Shown: positions 1 through 13,411 of the stretch, in pieces
Position numbering within the stretch: position 1 is the first letter of the stretch
How the letters are laid out: the number at the start of each line of letters is the position of its first letter
Source: Camelus ferus
Lineage: Eukaryota
DNA length: 64,000 bases
Direction: 5' to 3'
Assembly (NCBI RefSeq): GCF_009834535.1
Contig: NC_045696.1
Span: 108,254,001 to 108,318,000 of the forward strand
The notes under the pieces: generated by a model
What the model was told of the DNA's origin: nothing
Databases searched by the model: none
The model's input: the letters and a program-made list of their open reading frames with translations, nothing else
Translations under genes and position numbers: made by a program

Positions 1-210
1 CTTTTTAATTATAGGCCATGACAAGCTATTTAATATAGTTCCCTGTGCTGTACAGCAGTAGGACCTCATTGTTTATCTATTCTGTATATAGTAGTTCATA
101 TCTGCTAATCCCAAGCTCCCAATTTATCCCTCCTCCTGAGCCTTTCCCCTTTGGTAACCATAAGTTTGTTTTCTCTGTCTGTGGGTCTCTTTTTGTTTTG
201 TAAATAGGTT
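1..210 (-). mobile_element. L1 3' UTR fragment (cetartiodactyl-type), cut by window edge
   Basis: aatatagttccctgtgctgtacag...gtttatctattctgtatatagt...ggtaaccataagtttgttttct matches the same segment of the L1 at 55380-55550. Confidence 0.85.
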
Positions 211-548
211 ATATTTCTGCTTGTTTCTTTGAGTTGATCATTTAAGGCCAACTGAAATATTTTTGAATCTTAATTCTGTGATCCAATGATTGTAAAGCCC
301 TCTTAGCTTTGTGTCATCCACGAATCTACCCATTCTTGCTTCTCAGGACTCCTCTGGGAATGAAGGTCCTCATGGTGGGGCCCATGGAGGAAGGCTTTCC
401 TCTGAGGGTCTTTGGGATGCCTTCACCCAGTTGCTGTCATACAAACTCCATTTCTCCGTATCCACCACAATCGTCGTTTTTAGAGTCCTTGAAGAAAGCA
501 ATGTACATCAGGTACTTTGCTGAACTATGCTCAGTTTTGGTGACCCTG

Positions 549-576
549 GTGACCAGTGACCAGTGACCAGTGACTG
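549..576. repeat. Short tandem repeat (GTGACCA)x3-4
   Basis: gtgacca gtgacca gtgacca gtgactg read directly. Confidence 0.9.
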
Positions 577-1904
577 CCTTGATCATTCTCGAGAGGAATG
601 ATCACCAAGTCCCTCAGGCTGTTTCCTACTTAGAGGCTGTTGATTTTTGGACATCAGCTCTGTTCTAGACAGTTTACACACCTTGTCTCTCATCCACCCA
701 TCAGTTCTGGAAGAAAAACACTAAGTTCCCATCTCTGTCCACCTCCACCCCTACCCCTAACTTTTCATACTAGGAAATGGACCTCAAAGTGGTTAAACGA
801 CTTTCCCCAAACCACGCGGTTGACCATCAGCTCTACCAATGATTTGGACCCAGGACTGTCAGGTTCCGAATCCACATGATGGCGTTTTCCATTTTCTGTG
901 TTTACCCAAACATCACAATCTTGTCTGCATGGTCTTTCAGGGCCTTTGGGTGTGATTCTTCAGCTGTTGGGGATCTGAGCTCAAGTGACAGAGGGATTGG
1001 CCACCTGCGCAAGTCTGTTTTTCTGTGGTGTGACTTAAGCACAGCCTCTGGTGCTCAGGGAGGACCAGGGCAGCCAAATGCATGCTACCCTGGGGGGAAG
1101 GGGCTGGTGTCCCTGGTGCCCACAGAGCCTGGGGCTAAGACTGCAGCAGAGGCAGCGGGAGGGCTGCACCCCCAGGAGGGTGCACCACCCTCCCCAGCTA
1201 CTGCTGTGCGCTCCGGGGACCTTCCCATCCCTCCTTCTCGCTGGCACACCCTTCTATCTCCTTCTGTGGGGAAGGCTCATGTCAAGAGCCACCGCAGCTT
1301 AGTTGAAGCCTCATGAGGGCTTTTCCTCTAACTGAGTTACTGACTGCAATTATCACAGCTCTCCTGGAAGTGGATGAAACCCAGTTTCAAATTTCTTAGC
1401 TGTTTCCAGAACCCCAGCATATTTTACTGCTGGGAGGACAGATGCCTGCTCAAGTGTCTGATGCAAACACTTAAGTTTTATTGTGGTTTGACATTCATTA
1501 GGGAACCATCTTCCGTAGGCAAAATACAAGACATTTCTTTAGACAGGAGGCATAAAAGGACTAATGGTGGGTCATAGGCCAGATGGTACGGAAATAAGAT
1601 GAACTGAGCCCTGGAGCCAGACCATCTTGGTCCTGCACTGCTTTTGAGAACTGAGGGTGTGTAAGGGGAAGAAAGAAAACATGATTCCAGGCACCAGTTT
1701 GTGCCGAGAGGCCCCAGCACAAATGTGGAGCTCCACGCGTTGTGGGGGAAGGGGGAAATCACACAACACCCTGTCCCAGCCGAGATTCTGAAGAAAGGCT
1801 TATTGACTTCATGATCAGGAGACAAGGACCAACGTTGCCGAGAGACCAGTGATATGTTGGCGAGCTCCCTGGGTTCTCACAGTGCACTTGAAGAACAAAC
1901 ACCT

Positions 1905-2030
1905 CTGGTTCCAGCTCCCAGGGCAGAAAAGTGAGGCTGAGGGAAGGGAACTTTACCAAAGACACACAACTCGTCAATGGTGCTGCCAGGATTCGAACCC
2001 AGATCTGTTGAGTCTCAAGTCCTTGTACTT
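1905..2030 (-). mobile_element. MIR SINE fragment
   Basis: gaaaagtgaggctgagggaagggaactttaccaaagacacacaac...ccaggattcgaacccagatctg resembles the reverse MIR core. Confidence 0.75.
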
Positions 2031-3547
2031 GTAGAATCCTGAATCCAAATACTCATATTCCCTCCAAAGATGGAGCAGAATGGGGAGGGGGGAATCAAGA
2101 ACTTACGACTGTACTGTAGGGAAATAGAGTCTAAAATCTCCCTCCTTTGCTGCAGTCATCTCAAGACTCCTCTTTTTCTATTTCCTAACTGACTCGAGGT
2201 GTTGATGGAGGAGAAATGAGAGTGAGAGACGGCAGAGAGTGAGGGGAAGGCTCCTGTAAGCATTGGTTCAGCATCGGAGGGGAGTAGTTGTTCCTCTAAA
2301 TGAGACTGACTTGCCTCAGGGTGTTTTTAAATTAGATATATGGATGGAAGGCTTTCGAGTGAGGACTTCTTCCTGATTAAATGTCGTTGGTTCCTTTAAT
2401 CACATCTCCTTGGAAAGTTCCTCTTGCTTTCCCAAATGAGGTCATGGAATTTCACAAGAGGAAAGTACCTATTAATCAGTCTAATGGAACTTTGGGGCAA
2501 TCTGGCTTGAAGGTAGGGCCTTGTCTGAAAAACTTCTCCAGATGTGCCCATGCAGAGATGCCAACAGTTTTTGCCCTGAACCAAGTATTTTCTGACCATT
2601 TCTGTTGGTTGCTGCTGCCTACTTACTCTTTTTACTGGAACTTCCTTTTCCTTCCCCCCAGCCCCAGTGTCCTCTGGCCCTTCAACCCATGCTTACTATG
2701 TGCCTTATATGAAAGGAATCTCTCTTGTTTGGAAATTCATTTCAAGTTGCTGGGGCCGGAAGTGAGGGAAAATGTCCTCTCTGTCCCCTTCCAGGGAGGG
2801 GCCTGCTGCACTCCAAGACTTGTTAAACTCCATCTGGTGGGTCTTGATGAGTTTTTCCTACAAGAGAGTTTTACCTTGATGGCAGTTGAGGGTTTCCATT
2901 TTTTTTTGGGGGGGGGGGGCTGCAAGCAATAAAATTCTAAGAATCACCTGCTGCTGTCTGTCCATAAAGCCACACTGTCAAATTAAGGAAATAAGCAAAG
3001 CAGATGTGAGTGAACCCACAACCTCAGCATGGCTTCATCTTAATGCTAACTGTCCTATTTGGAGCAAGAGTAATTAGAAAATCAGCAGCAAGTTAGGGGA
3101 AAAAAATTGCTGAGCTTTATAATTACTGGGGGTAGGGAGAGAGACTCTGGGATCTATTTACTGAAGTTCTCATTAAATTCTCCATTAGGAGAGTCAAGCT
3201 GCAGTAGAACTGTGGAAAAAGGGGAGGAGGCAGCTGTGGAGGAAGGAGGCCAGCGATGGGGCCTGGGGCCACCTTCATGTTGTCATGAAGCCTGAGGCTC
3301 TTTGTGTTTTTCCTGTGTCCCAGTAAAGGTCACCTCCATGCCGCACTTGGAAGTTCCATCTAGTCTCTCTCCTTCTGTCCACCCCGTCCCTTCCTTTCCT
3401 CATAGATCTCTCAGCAGTCCCCACTCTGCCTCGTTTCTCCCTCTCCCTTCTCCCTGCCTGAGGCTGAATTTATGTGTGTGCTTTCTGGCTTTGGACAGCT
3501 GTAACTCTCCATTCATCCTCAGGGACACAATGCCCTTTCCACGGAGG

Positions 3548-3785
3548 GGATGGGTTGAATGGTGTCCTCCTAAAAAAGATGTGTTGAAGTCCTAACCCCA
3601 AGTATCCAATGTGACTTTTTTGGAAAAAGTCATTGCTGACGTAATGTTAGGATGAACTCAGTTAAGGTGGGCTCTAGTCCAATATGACTGGTGTCCTTAT
3701 ACGAAGAGACACATAGACACAAGCACACGAGGGGAGGATGCACGTGAGGACAGAGGCAGAGAGGGAAGAGCTGCGGCCACTGCCT
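3548..3785 (+). mobile_element. MaLR LTR (MLT1B/C-like), 5' part
   Basis: gggttgaatggtgtcc...gttgaagtcctaacccc...aatgtgac...tccaatatgactggtgtccttat...gtgaggacagaggcagaga. Confidence 0.8.
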
Positions 3786-4464
3786 GCAGTGGTGGGTGGA
3801 TGCGGTACGTGGCGGGGACCGGGACAGAAATTTAAGCAGGAAAAGTGAACACGGCAGGAGCAGGAAGGGCTTGGAACCTGGTATCCATCTGCTTGCATGG
3901 TGAGGGGGCTGGGGAAGCCATTAATGGCTATAAGGATCTCCATGGTTGTCCCTGGAGAGAGACAGGCTCAGAGCACCTGGGTGCTATCTGGATCTCTGGG
4001 GCAAGTGAGCTCAGGATGTGGGCCACTGACTATCCATTGCCCCATCCCTTGGCCCACACCCAGGAAATAAGGCAGCCTTCTTCCTATTCTGGAAGTCTGT
4101 CTTCACCCAGGTTCTTTCCTAAGCTGTGATTTCACCCTGGATGTTCGGTTAGGGCAGGAATGAGTGCTCTGCCATCTGCCCTGTGTCCAGGCACCAACCA
4201 GTCCCTTCAGAAAGAGGCCTGGCTTCTGCCTTTCTGATGAGTCTCCCTCACCCTTCTAGCCCTCTCCTGTGCCTATTTCCTGGCTGGCAGTGAGGTTGTG
4301 GACTTCACTGTCCCACACCTTCCTGTCACTTTGGAATTCCTTGTTTCGTAAGCTCATCTCTCAATGCTCTGTAGCTGCCACGCCCAGCTCTTTAATCCAA
4401 AGGGCTGCCCCGCTCATACTTAGCCCCTCATCCTGTGCTTTCCTTCCAGGCCCAGTTTAACTAC

Positions 4465-5325
4465 TGTTCATTCATTAGTTCATTCAGTTTTGAGCACATA
4501 CTGTTTTATAAGCACTACACCAAAAAAACTGGGGACACGATGGTAAAAGCAACAGCTGTCCCTGCTCATGTATAATTTACAGCCTGGTGTGCATACAGAA
4601 GAATCCAGTGTCTCCTGATTAATGAAGAATTGTGGGAAGTTCTGAGAATTGCCTGACAGGGTCACAGGGGAAGCAGAGAACCAGTCGGGAAGTTACAGCA
4701 GTGGCCCAGGACAGAGGCAGGAGGTGGCTGTAGAGGTGGAGATAAGGGGACAAGATGGAGGTGGATTTGGAAGCAGAGTCAAGGGACTCATGTATAGGTT
4801 GGTGGGGTAAAGGAGGAATGAACAACAACTTAGATGGGGACTGCTAAGGGTGAAATGGGTTTGGAGATGGAATTTTAGAGTTCAGTGTTGGGCGTGAGGA
4901 TTTTGAGATTCCTGAGAGTTTTCTGAGGGCAGATATGTATGTAGCATGTGGTTGTATTTATGAATCAGGAACTCTAATGAGAGATCTAGATTCATTATAG
5001 ATCGTGCGTAAAGTCAGGGGAGTGGATAAGATCCTTAGAAATAGGAGGGTAGGGCAAGGATAAGCTAGGGAATAGAGCCAAGCTCTGAGGGTCTCCAACA
5101 TTATAGCTTGGGATAGAAGTGGGTGGTAAAGGAGATTGAAAAGCAGTAGCCAGAGAGGTGGAGGATTAACCAGAAGAATGTTCTGCTGTGGAATTAGAGG
5201 GAAGAAGCCGAGAGGAGGGAGCACCGAGATTGTCAAATATTGCTGGAAAACCAAGTGAGATGAGGACTTCAAATGACCACGGGATCTGACAATATGGTGG
5301 CCTGTGCTGACCTTCACAGGAACTG
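4465..5325 (-). mobile_element. L2 LINE
   Basis: ttcattcatt tail, ctgtccctgctc, gagttcagtgttgg...tttgagattcctgagag, gctgaccttcacagg: typical reverse L2 landmarks. Confidence 0.8.
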
Positions 5326-5689
5326 CTTCTTCTGCTTCCGTTCCATCACCCCAGTTTTCATCCTGCCTAATGCTTATTGAGGTTTACTCAACATGTATAC
5401 GTGCATTAGCTCATTTAATCCTCAAGAACCTTGTCAGGTTGATATTGTTATTACTCTTATTTTCCCAATTGTGTAGAGAAAGAAACAAGCCCTATTATTA
5501 AGCATCTTACTGTAGATCTTACATCCTCAGTTCACAGCTCTTTCCCACAGTCTTCTGTGATGGAATCAGGGACGGTTAGAGCTGGGAGGGAACATAGAAA
5601 TATTCTAGTCTCCTCTCTCTCTCTCTCTCTTTTCTTTTTTTTATCAAGAAACTGACCCTGGAGATGAGAATTCATGGTTATTTTTGCCT

Positions 5690-5885
5690 CTTACCCCTGT
5701 GCCAGGAGTCACGTGCATTTTTTCGTGAAATCCTTCAAGAACTTCATGAGGTTTTTCCAGTGAGGAAACCAGAAAACTCTGAAAAGTGAGGTCCATGTGT
5801 GAGTTGTGCTGCTAATAGGCAGTGGGGTTAGGACTGGAACCCAGGGCTTGCTGACTCCAAAGCCTCTCTCAACCTCCTATGCCAC
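5690..5885 (-). mobile_element. MIR SINE
   Basis: tgtgccagg...tgaggaaac...ggactggaacccagg...ctgactccaaagcc. Confidence 0.65.
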
Positions 5886-8129
5886 ATGGCCTCCCAAGAT
5901 CATGGTAGAAATGAGATTAGAACCTGCCTCCCCAACACACATGGGACCATCAATGCCTCACTCCCTGTGCATTCTGACAGCGGCAGTTTAGGGCCCCCTT
6001 TACATCATTTCTTCAACATATACAACCACCCTCCAAGGTGGGAGCATCACACACACAGGGACAGACCTTTACTATTGTCTAATTTAGATCTGAATTTCCA
6101 GCCCCACCTTAGCTGACTGAGCTCTCAGATGTCCCATCGCACTGTTCAGGGTCTCATCTGTTAAGTTGTAATCACGCCTCCTAGCTTGCCTGTCTCCCAC
6201 CTCCCCCATTTTCTGGCTTAGACTGTTCCTCATTATAGCTTATGTTTGCTTAAGATCATCCTTAAGTTCTTTTTATCTCTACTGGGAGCTCCTTAAAAAA
6301 AAAAACCCTCCTAGAACTTTGATTGGTTGTTGTTTGATGCTTTTTCTTTTCCAAAGGCAGCTTTACGAAGTCTTTTCTAAGCTTTTTTGGTCTCGTTCAA
6401 TTAGAGCTAAAGATTCAGCCAGCTGTCTCATTTCTGATTTGAGGTCACTCAATGTGTACATTTAGACTCTTAACTCATATATTTCTTTACTCTCGGCTTA
6501 TTGAGTCTACTTTCCTCAGAAATATAGCTCTCACTCTTTTTTGGCAGAAAAAATACATCTTTAATATCCTACGGGTGAATTTTTTGAGGCTCACAATGAC
6601 ATGTTCTAGGCAGCCCAGATGTCAACGATGTCCTGACTGGTTCCAGTGTCACCTGGGCCTCCTGGGGAGGTGGCGGTGGGGTCACGGTCCTGCGTGTGGA
6701 CTGCCTGTGTGACTTCATCCTTTGCCCTGCTCTTCCTTGATTGTTTCTGTTTTTTCTCTTACGCTTCTCCTTCTGGGGTCTCCCTCCTTTCCTGTTCTCC
6801 CTGAAGTTCAACCCCTCCTCCACATTGACCCTTTCTAGTGTCGCCCAAACGAGGTGACACAGTGGGGGTGGAGTCGGCTCAGTCTCAGTGTGGCTGTTTC
6901 TCCAGTGGGAAGGATGGGGGGATAAGGGATGGACCTCTGGGATAAGTAAGTTCCTTCCACCTCCATAACTAAGACCAAATAGATGCTGCCAGTGTGAAGA
7001 TTCATTTCTTTCTGAAACCTCCTCCAGGCCTTCTTGTGTCTATAAAATAAATACACATTCTTCATATTAAGCCAAATTTGCTTCTAGTTCTTACTAACTA
7101 ATCCACTGGCCTTATTATGCTAATAATGTCCAGCTCTTCCTTACCTGGATTAGGTCACAAAGAATTCTGCGTCAACTAGCCAAGAAATAGTTTAGATCCC
7201 TAATTCTTGGGTGAGGGTGTGGGGAGTGCATAATAAGGTTTCATTTCATCATACTGTATAATCAGATGAAGTTGCTGTAAATGCAATGAAGTCAACTCAG
7301 ACAACACATTGTTTGGGTACCAGGTCTGTGCTAGATAAGCAAGGACTTAGAGAAAAAACAGATCCAGTCCCTGTATTCAAGAAGCTCAGGATTTACTGAA
7401 AAAACAAACCCAAACAATAAAAACTGGCAGAGTCCCATTAGGATCTGGGCGGAGTCTCAGAGGCACCAGCCTGAGGGGTTGAGGGAACCTTCTATAATCG
7501 AGCCCTCTCCTCTGATTTGACTCAGAAGCACAGAACTTGAATCTGGTCCACATTAAGTTTCAGAAACTTGCACACGACAGCTTTCCTTGGGTTCATCAGA
7601 GAACTGTGGTTTCAGGGTGAACTGCCACTCGAAAATGTGAAGAGGCAAGAGCAACCGGAGACATTTCCTTACCAGAGAAGCCACTGGAGCCAGAAAGTGG
7701 GAGGCGCATTTACATCGTAATTTGGGTGATTGGTGGCGGCTGAGTGTGTACTAGTGTGACAGTGACAGACCTCTACAGGCCCTGGTCTTAGGGGGTCCCC
7801 CGCATTTTTACAGACTTTCATTCCACTAATCCCAACATATTTTCACAGTAGGGATCCTAGAATGATCTCCTCTGGTTCTGGCAGGGGAGAGTAATCATTG
7901 TGAATCAGGCCCAGCGTGGTTCTCCATAGCATCTTCTCTCTCCAGGAGGAGGGACTTCGCTGGAGCACAGTATCAAGGCTTGTTGCAAGTCAGGGGGAAG
8001 GAATTTCCCTCCAGCCTTCTTATCTCACTTACGGGAGAAAAAAGCCACGAAGTCAATGGGGGACAAGGAAATATATTGGCTGTGCTGTCCCAGGGAAGGA
8101 TGTAGGGGAAAAGAGGCTGACCTGAGTAA

Positions 8130-9665
8130 CTTTGGAAATGATTGGACACTCTAAGTGGCACTGCAGCTGGTAAAGTCATTTCCTGTGGGGCTGTAGGTTA
8201 ACAGTTCTGAAACCACTGCACACGTGGACCCAAACTGAAGGATGGGATGAATGATGGTGGATGGTGGGAGTCAGGCTTCTCATCAGACCTGATGGAGTAG
8301 TAGGTCATAGACAAGCCAGGGGAGGAGGCTAGAACGGTCCATATGGTCCTGAATTAGAGCTGGTGACTTGATGGATGATTTCATGTCTAGCTTAATATAC
8401 ATACAGATAAATATATATATAATGTAGAAATGTTTTTAGGAATATATATGTTAATGAGTTAGTACACACACGTATATTTCCTTATTCTATCTGCTGAGAG
8501 AGCCAAGACACAATGATACTCCAGGAGCAATGAGCATCCCCAGAGCCCAGTTTGGTTTCTTTCCTTTCTTTCTTTTTTAATTGGATTGTATTCATTTTTC
8601 AGTGTTGTGTTAATTTCTGGTGTACAGCATAATGATTCAGTCAATCTTGGCTTCTGTTACCATTTCTCTGACAAAAGGAACCAGGCTACTGGAGAAATGG
8701 TTTATTCTAGGGCTGGAGCAGGGAATGCACAGGATGAGCCTGGAGAATCGTGTAATGTCAGACAACGAGGAAGTGTTCAAAACTACACAGTGACGGGGTA
8801 TGTCAAAGGGACACGAGAGTCAGCTAGAGGCACGCCTCACAGCCAAAGCAGGAACAGGTTGAGCAAGAAAATAAATAAAGGATTGGATTATAACACATAA
8901 TATAAAATAAATATTCAGGCACTCATACTGGTATAAGGAATGATTGTATAAATAAATAAATAGTGGAGAAATGGATAAAGCTTCTATGCAGAAGAATTCC
9001 AAGTGGTTCCTGTGGATAGTCCCCCCTCCGGGAAATGAAAATGAAGCCCCAACTCCTTAAGTTGGGGCTGCACTGAGTGACTTCTTCCAAAGAGCACAGT
9101 ATGGAAAGGGGGAGAGAAAGAGTCCGTTTCCAGTGGGGAGACCTGGCCACACTGCCCCAGCCAGGTGATCAAGGTCAGAATCAGCCGTGATCACTGACAT
9201 CTGGTGCTCTTGATCTGATGTGGTGAGAACGGCATGCAACCTTTGAAAAGATCTTCCTCCTCTGAAACACCAGAACTCCAGTTAATCGTGAGAAAAATAT
9301 CAGACAAACCTAAACTAAAGGGAGGTCCACAAACTACCGTAAGTTTTGATGATAGGCTCATTGAAACCCAGGAACGTCTGAGAAGCTGTCACTTTCTAGA
9401 GGGGCCCAAGGAGGAATGATGACTGAACATCATGGTGTATCCTCGACGATTTCCTGGAACAGAAAAGTGAAGGAAAACTTAAGCTATCCAAGTAAAGAAT
9501 GGACTTCAGTTAAGAAAAATATATCAGTATGGGCTTGTTAGTTGTGAACAGTGGACCGTATTCATGGTTCATAGTGGAAACAGTCTGGAGTTTATGAGAA
9601 TTCTGTCTTAACTGCACAACTTTTCTATAAATCTAAAACTATTCTAAAATGAAAAGTTAATGAAA
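8130..9665 (+). mobile_element. Old L1 3' UTR (L1MC3-like)
   Basis: aaaaggaaccagg...ggagaaatgg...gatgagcctggag, ccaggtgatcaaggtca, cctggaacagaaaa, ends caacttttctataaatctaaaactattctaaaatgaaaagtt. Confidence 0.85.
8561..8642 (-). mobile_element. Very short 5'-truncated younger L1 nested in the L1MC element
   Basis: T-rich tail plus gtgttgtgttaatttctggtgtacagcataatgattcagt (cf. 54230-54270); flanked by degenerate TSD tttggtttct / cttggcttct. Confidence 0.75.
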
Positions 9666-11152
9666 AAGGGAAGGAAAAAAAGGAGAGATTAAGGGAAGGT
9701 GCTCCACCCTGAAGGAGGAGCTGGTCAGAGGTGGATGTGGGAGAGCCCCCAGAATAGGCAGCGATCTGGCTGCTGGAAACCAGCCACCACCAAGGAACAG
9801 CTGTAAACCAGGGCCCCAACCCGCAGGCACAGACCTGGGATGCGGCTGGGTGGAGCTCAGTGGGACTTCTGCACTCTGTTCAATAGTGTCTACTTAGCGC
9901 CAAGCCCTCGATAAACATTCTCTCACTGAGTCCTCTGACAGCTCCGCCACACACTTATTCCTCTCTTGTTTGTGCAGATGGGGCTGTTGAGGTTCAGAGA
10001 GGCTGTGCGACTGAGGCTTCAGCAGAGAGAGTGTGGCTGGAGTGTGTTCCCAGCTCTGCATAAATCCACGCTCTTCCTGTTACCTGACTGCTTCCGTTCA
10101 CTGAAAGCACGAACCACCAGCAAGGCCCCGGGACTTAAGTGCATCATCGCGTACGTTTCTGTTTGGATAGCAGGTTCTGTCATTATCCCAATTTTACAGG
10201 CGAGGGAATGATCTGAGAGGGTTTAACAGGAAGATTTGTAAAAGCCCTACGGATAGGAAACAGTGGTACAGATTTCAAACACAGGTCACTGGATTTCTCC
10301 AGCCCAAATATTAAACCACGAGCCGGTATCACTTTCCGCGGTAATGACTGGAGTGGTTTTAGCTGCCTGGCATGTGGCCTAGCAGGCCTGTCTCTGCCCT
10401 ACTTCCCCTAAGTCTGGCATCAGATGAAGTGACTGAATGACCACAGAGACACTGCTCATTACCCTCAGCCCAGAGATCTCCATTTCATGCCAGAAGGCCA
10501 GCCTGCTGAGGACATTGCCATGGCTGACACCAAGGCACTGTTGATTCCACTCAGCAAAGGAGCAGCCACGTCCTCTACCACCAGCTGCAGACATCTGGAA
10601 TGGCTCCCATGATAAAGCTTTCTAGCAGCATCTCAGCTCAATCAAAATGCACATTTCACGGTGGCTTCAGGTGCTCAGAGTGTGACCTGTGGTGCAAAAT
10701 AAGGTCTTTGACACAGGTGATAGCTACTAGCAGTGGTCTCTGATAAACGGGGGAGCTGGTAGCTACACAAACTACAGACCACTGAGACATGTCAGTGGGG
10801 CTCGGGCTACAGGGGCCCCATGGCTTGCTTCGCTTGGCAATGCAGGGTGCAGGGGGTAGTTTTGCGAGCAGAAGGGTCATATCAAGAGAGCCAAAGACCC
10901 AAAGCTCATAAGAATGATGTCCAGGATCTTCTCTGCCCATGTACCTTAGCAAGTTTCAGAAGACAGCCAGGGCCTGCTAGAGTGCCCAGGGGAAGATGCT
11001 TCTGGAAACATCACTGCCCACAATATGGCCAGAGCATCAGGGAGCAGTTAACTCCGGAAGTGGTTTGCCAGGATGCTTTCCATTGCCTTTGTTCATAGAG
11101 TCGTGGGGCTACCTGCAAGACGGTGATGAGCAAAGGGTTAGCTCTGTTCTAT

Positions 11153-11693
11153 TATTAGGTAGTTAGATAAGTGGGGGCACTGGGCAGATAAGGTGGAGGA
11201 GAGGAAGGATGGTCCAGAAGATGGCGTTATACCCGCTTCCAGCATAAAGGGGTTTTACTTCCCCTAAATGAGCGCCAGCAAGAAACCACTTAGAACTTGA
11301 CAGCCACAACTGTGCAGTAGTGACAAGGACCTAACCAGATATGACCCGGTGCTCATTGTAATAGAATGAGCATTGCGGCCAAGGCCCCCTATGTGTGCAT
11401 TAAGGGTAAGGACATATGCAAAAGGGGACGAGCATGGCCAAGTGCTCCAGGGGAAAGAGCCGTCAATCAACCAAGAGACCACCCCAAAGCGAAGGTATAA
11501 GACAAGGGGCAAACAAAGACCATTGCTGTCTGCCCTTGGATCAGCCTGCCTCCTGTTCTTGGAGGTTTACCTTCCCTTTGCTAATAAATTTTTAAAAATC
11601 TTTCACTATACGATGCTTTGTCTCCCGTGTGAATTCTTATCTTTTGGGCATGACAAGGACTGGGATCTCTTCTCTTCTCCTTTTGGGGTAACA
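11153..11693 (+). mobile_element. Solo LTR, ERV1 class (~540 bp)
   Basis: Starts tattaggtagttag (TG mutated to TA), ends gtaaca; TATAA at 11496, AATAAA at 11583; 4-bp TSD ctat (11149-52) / ctgt (11694-97). Confidence 0.8.
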
Positions 11694-13290
11694 CTGTGAC
11701 CCTGCAGAGCGATAGCATCGTGTCATTCTAGGTTGTCACAGATGCACTATATCCTGGAGACATTATCACTCTGCTTTGGGAAATTCTATTGCATAGCAGT
11801 TTGGGGGACTAAATGGTGAGTGGTGGCAGCAACCACATTTACTATGAGGATTTGCTGGTGTTATGACAGTTTTGGGAGGTGGGACTGGCAAAGTGGTATT
11901 CTTGTGTGTCCTGTTCATCTCCTGGATATCTGAGGAAATGGAATACTTGAGAGACAGAGAGGGAAGGTGAGGAAGGAAGTATACTCACTTCCAATGGAAG
12001 GTGGAGCAGGGACCCAGAGACGCTTCTGCCTTGAGTGCGACCCCTCCACATGGGAGAGAGTTGAAAAGAAAACAAGAGGAGGCAGGAAGGTTTTTGCATA
12101 CAGTTTAGAATCTGACCTCTGACAACAGGGGATAGGAAATTGATCTCTTGACAATTTGGATTTTTCTTCATTAGCAAGGGATGGATTTGAAAGAAAGAGA
12201 AGAAAAACAACTTTAAATTTTATGGGCCAGTTTGGGGCATTTATTTTGCAGGCATTGTGTTCTTTGGGCCACATAGTTATCATCTGCTGCATATGGTTTA
12301 ACACTGTCTGGCAAGCTTGGCTGGATGACCTGGCTGGGCAGTATTGAAGATGGGAAGTCGGAGAACAGTGACATTTTGGCCGGCTGCCTGATGGTGTAGT
12401 TGAGATTTCTTGGCACGACTGGCAAATCGGAGGGGCTCTTCTGCCAGAGAGGTGTGTGTAATGGAGACTGACAAGGCTCCTGCATGAACTCACCCCGATG
12501 GGAGACAGCTCCAGGCACGGTTGATATGTCCAGAACAAAAGCCTTAGTTGTTGGCAGAGATCTCCTATTTCCTCCTAGCCCAGTTCCCAATGGAACTCAT
12601 CCATTCATCCGAAACACTTTTATTGAGGCATTAATATGTACCAGTCACTGTGTTATGTGTGGAACTGCAAAATGGAACAGAGCAGAGACAATGACTATTC
12701 CCCTCCCATGGACATTAGGGTGGCTGAGAGGAAATTTTGAGAGTTGGTGTGCCTTCTGGCAGACTCTGGAGCATAAGCAGTTCACATTCTCTATGACCAG
12801 GTGTTGATTAGAGAACAGGCTCCCCATCATTTGGAGCTGACCACCACGGCACTTCGGTACCCTGAGGACTCTGGCGGTATGCATGATACCTTCTGCGGAG
12901 GCAAGGCGGGGAGATTATATCCAACAAAGCGGATATCTCTGGGCCTAAAACTGCAGAACTGAGATCACAGTGGTTGCTGGGGCAGTGAGAGAGGCCATAA
13001 TGCTCACCAGAGACATAGAGGAAAACCCGAGCACTGATGGGGAAGATATAGGGTCTCTGATGCCCTCAGAAGTAGAGATGAAGAACCAGACAGAGCGGAG
13101 GATGGACGGCGCAGGTGGGAGAAAGCTTCCTCACAAGTATATTCCTGAAATTCCTTGGGACAACCCAGAAACACTGGAGAGACTTTGCAGGACAGAAAGT
13201 TGTTTTTTGCTACTAATATGACCTCATATACACTCACAGATTGTTGCGTTCTGGGGAAACTTAATTCCAATCATCATAATGAGGATATCT

Positions 13291-13320
13291 ACCACCACCA
13301 CCACCACCACCACCACCACC
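13291..13320. repeat. (ACC)10 microsatellite at a MIR end
   Basis: Read directly; source of the poly-His and poly-Thr in the ORF track. Confidence 0.95.
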
Positions 13321-13411
13321 ATAATTACAGCCATTACTGATGCTTGCCAGAAGCTAGGAGCTGGGCTATGCGCTTCATATATATTACCACTAATTCTTGG
13401 AAGGATTACAA

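Noticed and set aside
2381..2932. 183-aa ATG ORF
   Set aside because: No homology, runs through a T9G11 homopolymer, no promoter or splice support
11915..12590. Overlapping minus-strand ORFs of 207, 125 and 122 aa
   Set aside because: No recognisable homology, no credible splice acceptor; consistent with chance ORFs
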